A stretch of DNA of 50,099 nucleotides, the filler included, from Catajapyx aquilonaris (Eukaryota): assembly GCA_000934665.2 (NCBI GenBank). It is 2 parts of 2 records of this genome, joined end to end, with 100 filler letters (N's around TTAATTAATTAA, not from the genome) between each part and the next. Parts side by side here need not be neighbours in the genome. Positions count along the whole stretch, not along the records: positions 1 to 25,057 come from JYFJ02005443.1; 1 more part is not named here. One strand, written 5' to 3'. Positions 10,582 through 22,845 of the stretch are shown one piece after another (position 1 is the first letter of the stretch; each line of letters starts with the position of its first letter). The notes below the pieces were generated by a model. It saw only the letters and a list, made by a program, of their open reading frames with translations. It was not told the DNA's origin and ran no database searches. A program made the translations under genes and the position numbers.

Positions 10582-11821
10582 TTACTTTACAGTCAAGGCC
10601 ACATCAGGACGAGACCTTTTGAACTGAGCAATGGCCATACTCCTGTCAACAAGAGTACACAACACAACACGAAGAGACTTGAGTTTGGGCAGCAGTTGGA
10701 TCAAGTCAAGGAGGCCATCATGGGTGATTCTGGGGCACCTGGAAAAGGTCAGCTTGGACAGAGACGTGCATCTCCCCATGGACATGAGGCATGCGTTGTC
10801 AAAGTTGTCTGCTTGTTCCAGGCTGAATGATTCCAGCCCTCTAGTGATGTTTGGCCAGGAGAACAATTTAGTAGTGACGGACTGGTTCAGGAAGTGTGGC
10901 CATGTAAGTGTTAGGTGGCGGAGGTTTTCGAGGGAGTGGAGTCCGTCAAGGGCTCTGTTGTCTGAGAAGAGGAATGGGAACAGGAACTTGAGATATTCAA
11001 CCTGTGGAAATTGTGCCACGCTCAGGTAAGGCTGCAGCCTGTTAAACCACCTAAGTGTCAGCTTCTTGATGTGGTGGCCAGCAACTGAGGACAGCAGACG
11101 GAGTTCTTCATCTGAATCATTTGTTGGAGGACCGATGAAGACCTCATTCAGGTTTGGCCAACTGTGCTCAAGTAATCCTGGATTGGGCAACCTTCGACTT
11201 GCTTCATTGTCTGATAGGGCAAGACTGGTGAGCTGTGGAGCGTCACACATGATGTCCAAGGCGTTGACGCTGCAGCAGCAGAAAAGTGAGATGTGCGTCA
11301 GTTGCCTGCTGTACATCAGGAGCATCCGTTTGAGTGTTTCTTCTCTCTTGATCGTCATGTGTGCCAGGTGCAGAGATGTGACGCCTGGAGCCACAGCATG
11401 AAGCACATCTAGGATTCGATCATCTTCTGGTTTGACAAACTGCCACCAAACCAACTCCAGCCTCTTGACGTGGACCATCCATCCCCTTTGAAGCTCCAGC
11501 AGCCTCACCAACTGCTGCTTTATGCTGACTGTCACTCTCCCACCTTCCTCAATGTCCTTGAACCTCCTCCCATCCAGCCTGACCTCCCTCCAGAGTTCCT
11601 TGTCGTAGGACAGCCTCCTCCACTGCCTGCAGACTGGTGCAGCCCTCTTCACAAGCTCCCCTTTGGTCAGGTAGGAGAAGACCTTCAGAGTCAGCTCGTC
11701 TAAGAGTGGCCTGCCCTCCGCCTGTGGAAGGATCAAAAGCAGTGTAAGCGCATATTCTGACATGAACTAATCGCCACTTCACCTGTTCTTCCGCCACCTC
11801 TCGGCTCATGTAGCCTCCCAT
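10582..11821 (-). CDS. F-box/LRR protein, paralog 2 (join 11821-11783, 11721-10582)
   Basis: F-box plus LRRs; 61-nt intron CAG|gtgaag...ccttccacag gives MGGYMSREVAEEQ|AEGRPLLDEL in frame; AATAAA at 10509-10514. Confidence 0.88.
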
Positions 11822-12131
11822 CACTTGTCCTCCTCTTCCTTCAGGACCACCCCACCTAGTCCTGTGGGAACAAGAAGAAGAAGAAGGAGTGAGCCCCTCG
11901 TGTCCAACCATATATTCCAACCCGTGCAGTGTGGACATGGCCGACCTGGTCTTTCCAACAACAAGCGCAGTGTGCGGAAGGAGGCTGCCCCACCCCCACC
12001 CTTCTCGTGCACTGCAAGTCTCTGTACCCAGTGTGGGAAACGTACCAACACGTGAAGCCCGCTGCACCAGTCCTTCCTGGCCAGGAAACAAGAAGAATGT
12101 CCCGAGGATTAACCAGCTTCGCCTTAGTCTT

Positions 12132-12142
12132 CCGCCATCTTG
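12132..12142 (-). promoter_or_regulatory. YY1/Pho-like motif CAAGATGGCGG in the F-box 5' module (also 16444-16454)
   Basis: Match to the YY1 consensus ~310 bp upstream of the ATG in paralogs 2 and 3. Confidence 0.35.
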
Positions 12143-12519
12143 AATCTGTCTGGCTCGAAAATAGCTTCTCCCCGGTGAGGCAACATATCTGGCTGACTCT
12201 ACATGGTTTCCCCCCCGGTTATGTTTCGCGCAATATTTATCCGTTGACTGTACTATATAAGGTGTATGTGGAATTATTACATTGAAATTTCTATTTGCCG
12301 TTGAAGTACAGTCAACTTGGCGTGGATCGAGTGATCATGACATGACTGTACTTTATCCGTCACCCGGTGAATCTCCTCACACAAAATGGCCGACCAATTT
12401 ATCTGCAGATCCATTTGGCGCAATTTTCTTTGCCAAAATCCCACCTCCGGATTGAATTGCAACTTTACAAATTAAAAATTTAATTACAAATTTAATGCAT
12501 CTAAGCAGAAGTCCGCAGC

Positions 12520-13215
12520 GGCTGAGATGCCAACATGTATGGTTGCGCACGAAGCAGCAGGACATGAGAGCCATCCCGCACGAGAGGAAACTGCACATCT
12601 GCACATTGTCCAGGAAGAAGGTATCAGCATGCTAGTGTTTGACATGGACATTACCGGTTGGTCGAGTATGACCGACTTCAGTCTTAAATTATGCACAAGC
12701 ATTGTTATTATGACGCTTGGTCAATACCATCATTGGTATTCATCATTCATGGCATTCATCATTGGTACATTAATTGCAGGGATAGTGAGCTCACATATGC
12801 TGCCGACTTGTCTGCTCAGACGATCTCGCCAGAAGTTAATAAAGCGACTCAATCGGATGCTGCATCCAAGTGTGAAGACTTTACTTGCCAACCAAAGCCT
12901 CGGTGCAAATGCGAGACATGCAACGACTGCTTCCAGCGCAAGCTGCACTTGCTGGACCGCTGCAGGACGCAGCCTCTGGAGCGACTCTTCGGATGCAACT
13001 GCGCGGTAAAGGCTTTCTACAGCCCCTTACTTGCAGAAGCACCAGGAGATGCACGGTAGAAATCAAGGTGGCAAGAAGCTGCTGTTCATATGCGAAGGGT
13101 GCGGTAAGACGTATATACGGACAAGCAGAATTTGATGTGTATCACGCGCTTCATACGGGCGAGAACCTCTGCAGTTGCGATGTTTGTGGCGAGTCTTACA
13201 GGCATCCTGGTGTGG
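12520..13215 (+). pseudogene. Decayed C2H2 zinc-finger array
   Basis: CKCETCNDCFQRKLHLLDRCRTQPLERLFGC and HALHTGENLCSCDVCGESY in shifting frames. Confidence 0.6.
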
Positions 13216-14889
13216 ATGTGGTTTGCAATAATTAATTATGTTGCATCAGTGTGGAAGCAATACTTTGAATTGAATGTTGAAAATTAGGCATGAAAATTGC
13301 TCCTCATGGCCAACATCCATCTTGACACTGGCAGAGTGGAGGCGACTATGAACCTACTAGTAGTTCTACTTTCTGTGTCACCCGTGGGAAAAGATTGCAA
13401 TGGTAATGGCAGACATGATAATGTCATTTTAATGACATTTTTAAATGTGTTTTTTTTTGTTATTTGTTAGTGCACTTACCATTGGTGTCTATTACAGGTT
13501 ATTACACAGCTTGTAGTGCATTGCCGGAATGATCGAGCGACCCTCTGCGTATAGCTGATATGAGTTGACCCGTAGCTCCAGCGTCTTCTCTAGAAGCTGA
13601 CCATATAGCATTGCGTAACACAGACACAACTGATTACTGGCCAAAAAATTTTAATACATTGATTTGCAATACATTGATTTCCAGCACCTGTGTGTCCTTC
13701 ATGCCCTTTCAAAACAGTATTTCCAGACTACCATTCCTTAATTTGTCAAGTACAATAATTGCAGTATGTAAAGCGAATATGACCGAGACTATAATTCTGC
13801 GAAACAGAAGCTTTGCATACTTCCCATGGTATGGTTATCCCCAATTATTGGGTACTGAGACATGTGCGCAAGACTTGGGAGGCAATAACCCTGCATCTTG
13901 AAGTATTTTCAGCATATGTAAATTTCGATATAAATAGTATTCAGCAGGAGACCAATTACTGCAAAGTTTGTGCCTTCTTCAAGCCTTTCTTGAAATCCGC
14001 AGTGGAAGTTAACAAGGCGACCAGATCCGCTGAATCCACACTGGAAGATGTAACTTATTGCCGACCAAAGCAGATGTCAACTAGTAATACGCCAAGAAGC
14101 GTCCGTACAATTGCGAACTTTGCGATGGGTTGTTCTGGAGGCGACTGCAGTTGCCCAAGCATCAAGCACTTCATGCTGTTGTGGTACATGCAGAAAGCTA
14201 ATTAGTGTGGTTGACCTTGACCAGTCCCCGTGGAGTCTGCGAGTGTCCGGAATGGAGCATCTGAGCAGGGCCAGACGATGAAATACAGGAACAAAAGTTA
14301 CACAAATAATAATTACTAGAAAAACCATCGCTTCGCTGGAATTTTTCTATGGCGCAGGCCAAGAAAGCCAATCGCTTCGCTCGCTTTTTTCTAGGCCTGC
14401 GACCTGGGGTGGTGGAGGCCACATTGTTAATCGCTTCAGAGAGCAGTGTTGATGGAGCATCAAGTGCTTCATACCGGTGGGGCACATGCAGAAAGGAGTA
14501 CCGGTGCTGCTTGCCACTCGCTTGCTACCGGAAGGTGAGCTACAGCGATGCCAGTCTGAAGTGCGATGGTACCCATAGCATCTGGTCAAAAACAAGGGCT
14601 TGATGTAGCTTCACGGTTACATCTGACGAGGGACCTTTTCCAGTTGCAGTGTGCAACATGCGCTTGTAAACTAGCGGAAACAAATGTCCTTGCAATGGCT
14701 GATTAGGAAGAGGGAAGTATTCTTCAGCAGCTGATGAGGGATGTTGACTCCTTTGCAAATCACACGGATGTCAGGTTGGAAGCTGTGAAAACAATTGCAT
14801 GTCACCATTTCCAAGAAGAATTCGCTCAATTTATTTCCCATCCTTTTATTCAAGTTGCAAGCTCACACATTGCATGGGTCTTGTCAATA

Positions 14890-16144
14890 TTACCAATGAA
14901 AGGGAATTACAGTCAAGGCCACGTCAGGACGAGACCTTTTGAACTGAGCAATGGCCAGGCTCCTGTCAACACTGGTGCACCACTCAACACGAAGAGACTT
15001 GAGTTTGGGCAGCAGTTGGATCAAATGATTGAGGCCATCATGGGTGATTCTGGGGCACCTGTAAAAGGCCAGCTTGGACAGAGAGCTGCATCTCCCCATG
15101 GACCTGAGGCATGTGTCGTCAAAGTTGTCTGCAAATTTCAGCCTGAATGTTTCTAGCCCTCTAGTCATGTTTGGCCAGGAGAACAATTTAGTGGTGACCG
15201 ACTGGTTCAGGAAGGATGGCCATGTAAGTGTTAGGTGGCGGAGGTTTTCGAGGGAACCGAGTCCGTCAAGGGCTCTGTCGTCTGAGAAGCCGAATGGGAA
15301 CATGAACTGGAGATATTCAACCTGTGGAAATTGTGCCAAGGTCAGATACGGCTGCAACTCCTGAAAGGCCCCAAGTGTTAGCTTCTTGATTTGGTGGCCA
15401 GCAACTGAGGACAGCAGACGGAGTTCTTCATCTGAATCATTTGTTGGAGGACAGATGTAGACCTCATTCAGGTTTGGCCAACTGTGCTCAATTAATCCTG
15501 GATTGGGCAACCTTGGACATGCTTCATTGCATGACAGGTCCAAACTGGTGAGGTGTGGAGCGTCACACATGATGTCCAAGGCGTTGAGGCTGCAGCAGCA
15601 GAAAAGTGAGATGTGCGTCAATTGCCTGCTGTACATCAGGAGCATCTGTGTGAGTGTTTCTTCTCTCTTGATCTTGATGTGTGCCAGGTGCAGAGACACG
15701 ACCCCTGGAGCCACAGCGTGAATCACATCTACGATCTGATCATCTTCTGGTTGGACGAATTCCCAATTATCCAACACCAGCCTCTTGACGTGCATCATCC
15801 GTCCTACATGAAGCTCCAGCAGACGCCCCAACTGCTGTACTTTGCTCACTGTCACTCTCCAACCTACCCTTATGTCCTTGAACCGCATCCCATCCAGCCT
15901 GACCTCCCTCCAGAGTTCCTTGTCGTAGGACAGCCTCCTCCACTGCCTGCAGACTGGTGCAGCCCTCTTCACAAGCTCCCCTTTCGTCAGGTAGGAGAAG
16001 ACCTTCAGAGTCAGCTCGTCTAAGAGTGGCCTACCCTCCTCCGCCTGTGGAAGGATCAAAAGCAGTGTAAGCGCACATTCTGACATGAACTAATCGCCAC
16101 TTCACCTGTTCTTCCGGCACCTCTCGGCCCATGTAGCCTCCCAT
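14890..16144 (-). CDS. F-box/LRR protein, paralog 3 (join 16144-16106, 16044-14890)
   Basis: F-box plus LRRs; 61-nt intron; N-terminus MGGYMGREVPEEQ; AATAAA at 14845-14850. Confidence 0.88.
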
Positions 16145-17401
16145 CACTTGTCACCTCTTCCTTCAGGACCACCCCAGCTAGTCCTGTGGGAGCAAGAAGA
16201 AGAAGGAGTGAGCCCCTCGTGTCCAACCATTCCAACCCGTGCAGTGTGGACATGACCGATCTGGTCTCTCCAACAAGCGCAGTGTGCGGAAGGAGGCTGC
16301 CCCTCCCCGACCCTTCTTGTGCACTGCAAGTCTCTGTACCCAGTGTGGGAAACGTACCAACACGTGAAGCCCGCTGCACCAGTCCTTCCTGGCCAGGAAA
16401 CAAGAAGAATGTCCCGAGGATTAACCAGCTTCGCCTTAGTCTTCCGCCATCTTGAATCTGTCTGGCTCGAAAATAGCTTCTCCCCGGTGGGGCAACATAT
16501 CTGGCTGACTCTATATGGTTTCCCCCCGGTTATGTGTCAAGCAATTTTTATGCGTTGACTGTACTGTTTACATTGACAGGTGCATGTTGAATAAAAAATA
16601 TCTTATGTATTGATTCGCCGTTGAAGTACAGCCAACTTGGCGTGGATCGAGTGATCATGACATGACTGTACTTTATCCGTCACCCGGTGAATCAATTCAC
16701 ACAAAATGGCCGACCAAGTTTTTCTGCAGATAAATTTTGCGCAATTTATTTTCTTTGCCAAAATCCCATCTAGATTGAATTGATTAGGGTGAGTCCCCCC
16801 TCCCATTGGCTTCTCCTCTTGGTCTATCTTCCTCTTGATCTTCCGTCGGACCCCTCCCCGTCTCCCACGGGGTTGAGACTGTTCAGATGTGTGTGCAAAC
16901 ATTGCCAATAAGTGATTGTTGGTATTTCTCTGCACAGGTAAAGGGATCTTCTCCTTCAGTGGAAAGAGCGCAGGCAAGCCATCGCCTAGGGGCAAAGGCA
17001 AGTCATGAACTCAACAGCCTTCCGATGAGTCATGCAATCAACCTGCAACCGCTGGCAAATTGCGGTTAGGGTTTATTGAGATTCAATTACTCTGTATTTG
17101 CAGCCAGTGCCAAGAAGACCAAGAGAACTGGCAATGCGTGGCAGCAATCAAGTGAGGCTCTCAAAGTTGGAAAACCTGCCATGCACTTCATGATGAAGGG
17201 GGATTGCAGCATGCAAGTGACATTAGCATTGTCAAGACAGCATATGGAAATGGGTTGCCATGGACAAACGTTGCCATGTGAAACGTGGACAAATGAACAA
17301 GATGCCTTTGCTGTTCATAATGACGGACATTGATAGTTGAGGAAGTGTGAACCGAACTGACTTGTTGTATTTTTATTTCAAGCTTTGAAGAATCTGCAGC
17401 G

Positions 17402-17520
17402 ATGAGAGACTCGCACTGTCCGCGAGAGATGCCTCCCAACTCCGAGGACTTCTGCTGCGTCTCCCCGTGTCCCAACCACAGTCGGACTGGGACGAGGAGC
17501 AAGTCGATCCGCTTCAGTTC
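17402..17520 (+). pseudogene. Truncated THAP N-terminal half
   Basis: MRDSHCPREMPPNSEDFCCVSPCPNHSRTGTRSKSIRF, homologous to 9150-9235. Confidence 0.55.
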
Positions 17521-19124
17521 ACTCTGGCAAGAAGCCACACGAATGTAAATTTTGCTCCCAGAAATTTTCTAGGATTGGTAACTTGAAACGTCATGTAAAT
17601 GCTGTTCACTTGAATTTGAAATTGCACTCATGTGACAAACTGGTGACAAATTTGCATGTACAAGGGATGTGCAGCACCACAAGCGCACATTGCACCAGGA
17701 GAGTGCACGTCATACTCAAAATATGAGGGAAGAAATTTAATTGGCAGGAAGGACAGCCTGTAAGGGTGCACATGGCCCTTCATATGATGAGACAGAATTG
17801 TAGGTTGAACGGCTGTGCGAGTATCTATTCCTACTACTGTAGATGTGAGGTGACTGTTGTGCTGACAATTACACCGATTACCATATTTACATTTGCCAAG
17901 TGACAAATGGAGCTCATATCGAAACAAACTAAGGTGAGCCCAAAACGTTGAGACATTTCTTAGCATTTCAAAACTTAAATCATTAAGATATGCCTACACG
18001 GTTCCGAGTTATAAGATTTTAAAATTGGGACATTCTTTTTCGATATTTAAAAAAAAAACTTTTTCAAACTTTAATGCATATTGTGATGGACCTACGACTT
18101 TTTTGTGAATAAAGAACGATATGTCTTCACCAATACGGTTGTTTAAACCTACTTTTAAGACTATGACCATAATTATATTCCTCAGAGAGATCATGTCATC
18201 ATGCAACAGGCGTGAAAATGTCTCAGAAACTTTTAAAAATTGAATTGTAGAGAATAATACAGTGATTTGCAAGTTTTCTTAGGGCACCTGGGCGGTCCTT
18301 CATGCCGTTTCAAAACCTTATTTCCAGACTACCGTTCCTTAATTATTTGTCAAGTACTATAATTGCAGTATGTAAAGCGAATATGACGGGCACTAATTCC
18401 GCGAAACATAAGCTTTCCATACTTCACTTGGTATGTTTGTCCCTAATTATTGGGTACTGTGCGCAAGACTCTGGAGGCAATAACCTTGCATCTTGAAGTA
18501 TTTTCAGTATAACTCCGATAAATAGTATTCAGCAGGAGACCAATTACTGCACAATTTTTGTGGCTTTGTCAAGCCTTTCTTGCAATCTGCGGCGGAATAT
18601 TTCACTTTGAAATGCATGCAAAATCGTTGCACATTTTTTCAAAGGTAAATGGTATGCCATTGAAATAATGGTGTGTATTACTGAGGTCGAGGTTACAAGT
18701 TCTATGCAACTCAACCCATCAGAATTTGTGAGTGGGGAATTATACAAGCAGCATTCCAGTGCAACGAAGGCGCAACGTTGACTTGTTTCAGTTAATTTTA
18801 TTTAGAAGTAATTCCTTTAAGGGACACAAAAAGATTTCTCCGGATTTCTCACCTTTCATGTCATGAGAGATTCAGGTGATGTAGTCATCTGATGAGGGAT
18901 GTTTTCTGGCTGTTAGTGTGCAGCACGTGCGCATAAAACTAGTGGAAACAAGTGCCCTTGGAAAGGCTGATTAGAAGGAGGAAGTATTCTTCAGCAGCTT
19001 GACTCGCTTGCAAATCACAAGGAGGTCAGCTTGGAGCTGTGAACACAATAAGGAATGATCAGTTTGATAAGATTGAACAGATTGGCTAAAGTGCTACATT
19101 GTCACTTGTGAAGCAGTCTTGTTA

Positions 19125-19330
19125 CCATGCATGAGCGGACACGCACAATAAGCCTTTTGCGTGCAGCACCACTTGCGGTATGGCCTTCAATAACAACCCA
19201 AGGTTACGGACGTACCATGTGACGACACAATACTGGAGAGAAGCCCGTACAGATGCACCGTAGTGTGTGGGAAGGGATTCCGCAGCAGACAACTTCTGGC
19301 CCATCATCTCATCTTGCACAGAAAAGGGAT
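19125..19330 (+). pseudogene. Frameshifted C2H2 zinc-finger remnant
   Basis: KPFACSTTCGMAF ... TGEKP ... CGKGFRSRQLLAHHLILH across frames. Confidence 0.6.
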
Positions 19331-19843
19331 GAGGCCGGACACGAGCTGACCAGTGACATGTCCGCAGTGATCAAGCTGGACAGTCCAGTGAATGAAAGTG
19401 GCAAGAACACGGAGCATCTGAAGTGACAGTCGGTAAAGTAACATTTGCGTAAAGAAAATCACACGTGTCATAGAGCTGCAGTTTTGTAGCGTTAGCATTT
19501 CTCTTACAGAACTGCGGACTTCATGTGCTTCTGATGAATTATTATGCCATTTTTCCAATTTTTCAGTTCAGTTCACTTGGACAGTCATTTCCATTTTTAT
19601 TAAAATTGCATTTCATTTCCAGCGATGCATTTTATTCACCACGTGCTTCCCATTCGCAATAATCCATTTTTCTTGTGCCAGTAAATATTTATTAATTTCA
19701 TTTATTCATTACTCCATTAGTCGGGTATTTGTTTAACATTATTTCGCGCAAAAATTGTCCAGTAAATCATGCTTTGAAACAGATTTTCTTACATTTTCAC
19801 ATTCACAGATTTTTTTTTTATTTCTTATATATATATATATATA

Positions 19844-20405
19844 CAGGGTGTCTATTGTAACTCTGCAAAGACTTTCAGGGATAATAGAGGGGACCAAGAC
19901 AAGTATTTTTGACATAGGAACCCGTGTCCGGAAACGTCATCTAGAGGGGGTTCATAGACAAGGAACGGGTGAGCTCGGACGCGTCACGCGAGAGGCGCAA
20001 GTCGAGCGGACTGTTTTGTTGATAGATGGCGCCCAGTTGTTGCCAGGTTATGGCGTATCGCGTCGTTGTACGCAAACAACAACGCGATACGCCATAACCT
20101 GGCAACAACAGAACCGCTGTTGACTATCCGCGCGTCTCCTAGGAGGCGGACTTTAGTTGCTAGATGGCTCTGCTGTTGTCAGGTTATGACACATTGCATC
20201 GTTGGTTACTATCCGAGCGCCATCTATCAACAAAATAGGCCGCTCCACTAGCGCCTCTCGCGTGACGCGTCTGAGCGCACCCGTTCCTTGTCTATGAACC
20301 CCCTCTAGATGACGTTTCCGGACACGGGTTCCTATGTCAAAAATACTTGTCTTGGTCCCCTCCATTATCCCTGACAGTCTTTGCAGAGTTACAATAGACA
20401 CCCTG
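19844..20405. mobile_element. Tc1/mariner-type foldback MITE
   Basis: ~190-bp TIRs starting CAGGGTGTCTATTGTAACTCTGCAAAGAC, TA flanks, inserted in a (TA)n tract. Confidence 0.85.
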
Positions 20406-21099
20406 TATAATGGTTCTCTAGGAACACCTGACACCTACTCATAATTTTGCGACTCATTGTCATCTGTTTGTATAGATGATGCCAACTGTACATAAATGAA
20501 TCACTGCATGAAGATGGTTTTCTGCTGATGCAGCTGTGCAGTTGCGAGGGATGATTTGCGTTGTCATGCGCACCTGCACTATTTGCACCAGGTGTCGCAG
20601 TGCTGAGCCATAGTTTCTACGTGTCTAAGGGCATTTTATCCACTATATAATAAGACGACTCGCCGTTTCACCTCTCGCTGTCTCCCCTGGACCACTTCAT
20701 GACATCTACACACCGGACCCTTGTAAGTTACCCATATACTATTTTGTTATCTGCATCTCTGTACTTAATTGTATTTAATCACGACCACTAAATAAATGTG
20801 CTGTTATCATTGTACTTGTGCGTTTCTTTCTCTTGTGGGGCACATACTTTCAAGGTGCGAGAAGGTAAATCTTGATGAAATCAGGCGTGCAAAAGTCAGT
20901 AAGACAAAGGCGGTTGCGGGAAAAAGTTCTTTTACAACTCCTGATTATAGTGCCACATCAGAAAAAGTGTACACTAGTACTTGCACATTGAACCAAGTCC
21001 AGTGTAACATACATGGGTTTGTTTGTTTGTCCTAAGGGTATGAAATGAGGTGGCATGGACTATTTTTATTCACCTGCACATGCGGTTTACAACCGGCCA

Positions 21100-21870
21100 G
21101 CAATTATTAATCCGAGTGTCTTCCGACAGACAAGATATCTGGCCACACTCAAGCCCAACCGTGCAAAAGTCTGCTCGAAGCACAACGACACGTACGATGA
21201 TTACCATCTGGTGGGATGGAAGTTGCCCCGAAGCTTCAGGAAAATGCGATTCCAGAGTCGTTCATGCCGCCATGCATACTGGTCACTTCCATTGCTGACT
21301 AATGCAGCGAATGAGATCCAGTGCAGGGAAATGATGCTAGTTACTCTTTTATTTTCAGTCAATGCCAAGGAGAGCAATGAGCTGCAACAATCAAGTGCAA
21401 CTGTCCAGGCTGAACGATCTGACATACTCGAAGGAGACAGCTTGGGTATGAAATTGTGGTGGAGAAAGTTGGTGCCTAGGTTACTAATAATTATTGCAAT
21501 GTGCTCCCTTCCAGTCAGTCGCACCCAATGAATCCTGATGCTTAAACCAGTTGTTGCGAAATGAAGTCTGCTGATGCCAGTGGTTCTGCCGACACCAGAT
21601 GAGATTGGGATAATAATTTATCCTTCCCAGGAAAGAGGAGGATGTGCGAGTGTGTCAGGTGCGCTAAGATACTTACCACTGTCGTGTATGGCCGTACCTT
21701 GCATGAAAGGACACGTACGTGCACAACTTCAACAACCCAAGGTCGTTGAAATTACATGTAATGATACATACTGGAAGGAAGCTGTTCAAATGCAGCCTGT
21801 GTGGGAAGGGATTTCACAGCAGCCAACTTCTGACCCGTCATCTCCTCTTGTACCTAGATAGAAACGGGAT
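21100..21870 (+). pseudogene. THAP C-terminal remnant and C2H2 finger remnant
   Basis: LKPNRAKVCSKH (compare LKPNHFKVCSSH at 9.3 kb); HTGRKLFKCSLCGKGFHSSQLLTRH at ~21767-21842. Confidence 0.6.
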
Positions 21871-22016
21871 GGAAAATTGCGTATAATCATTATGTAAATT
21901 TATGAAGCTGTGAAAAAATTGCATGTCACCATTTCCAAGAAGAATTTGCTCAATTTATTTTCCATCCTTTTATACCTGTTGCAAGCTCATACATTGCATG
22001 GGTGTTACCAATATTA

Positions 22017-22266
22017 CTAATAACCTGGCACATGGGGAATTATAGTCAAGGCCACGTCAGGACGCGACATTTTGAACTGAGCGATGGGGAGTCGCTTGTC
22101 AACACGAACACAATCAATTACTTCAACAGACTTGAGGTTCGACAACGGCTGCATCAAATCATGAAGACCATTGTGGGTGATTCTGCGGCAGCAACCAAAG
22201 GTCAGCTTGGTCAGGGAGGTGCATCTCCCCATGGACCTCAGGCATTCGTCATCAAAGTCATCTGAA
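22017..22266 (-). pseudogene. F-box/LRR paralog 4, C-terminal ~80-aa fragment only
   Basis: DDFDDECLRSMGRCTSLTKLTFGCCRRITHNGL...FKMSRPDVALT; homology stops abruptly at ~22266; AATAAA site mutated. Confidence 0.8.
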
Positions 22267-22845
22267 AGCACAAAGTGTCACATTCGAACAAAATAATGTT
22301 ATGCCAATAATATTGCAACGTTTGTGGCACTCATTTAGAGGTCTTGTTGAGCGTTTGAAGTATCAAGATGTCTATTCCGATAGCCCAGATTCCAGCTGCA
22401 CTTCCTCTTGTTCCAGCCACTCCGGCTGGATCAAAATAAGGTCACCTCCGCTCGCCTCTTATTCCCACCTCCGGTCCACCCAAAACTCAGGCTGGGCTGG
22501 ATGCAGGCCACACCCAGCCATGCATAGGTCTGCTCCAAGCACTTTCCACACGGACCACATCTGGTCGGATGGAATAAGTCGCTCCAAGCTTTGGGGAAAT
22601 GGGATTCCAGTGTACTTCATGCCACCGGGTAAATTGTAATTTATAGTAATAAGTATTCTTAAGCAGCAAATGAGGGATCTTGACTCACTTTTCACTTACC
22701 CAGATCATGCTAATTTTAGGTTGAAGCTGTCAAAAATATTTCATGTCATCATTTACAAGTAGAATTGGCTCAACTGATTTTCATAGGTACTTTTTATTCA
22801 AGGTGAAAGCTGGTACAATCCATAGGTCTTATCAGTTGCCCGAAG

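Noticed and set aside
19755..20434. Near-identical ORFs on opposite strands
   Set aside because: Product of the MITE inverted repeats
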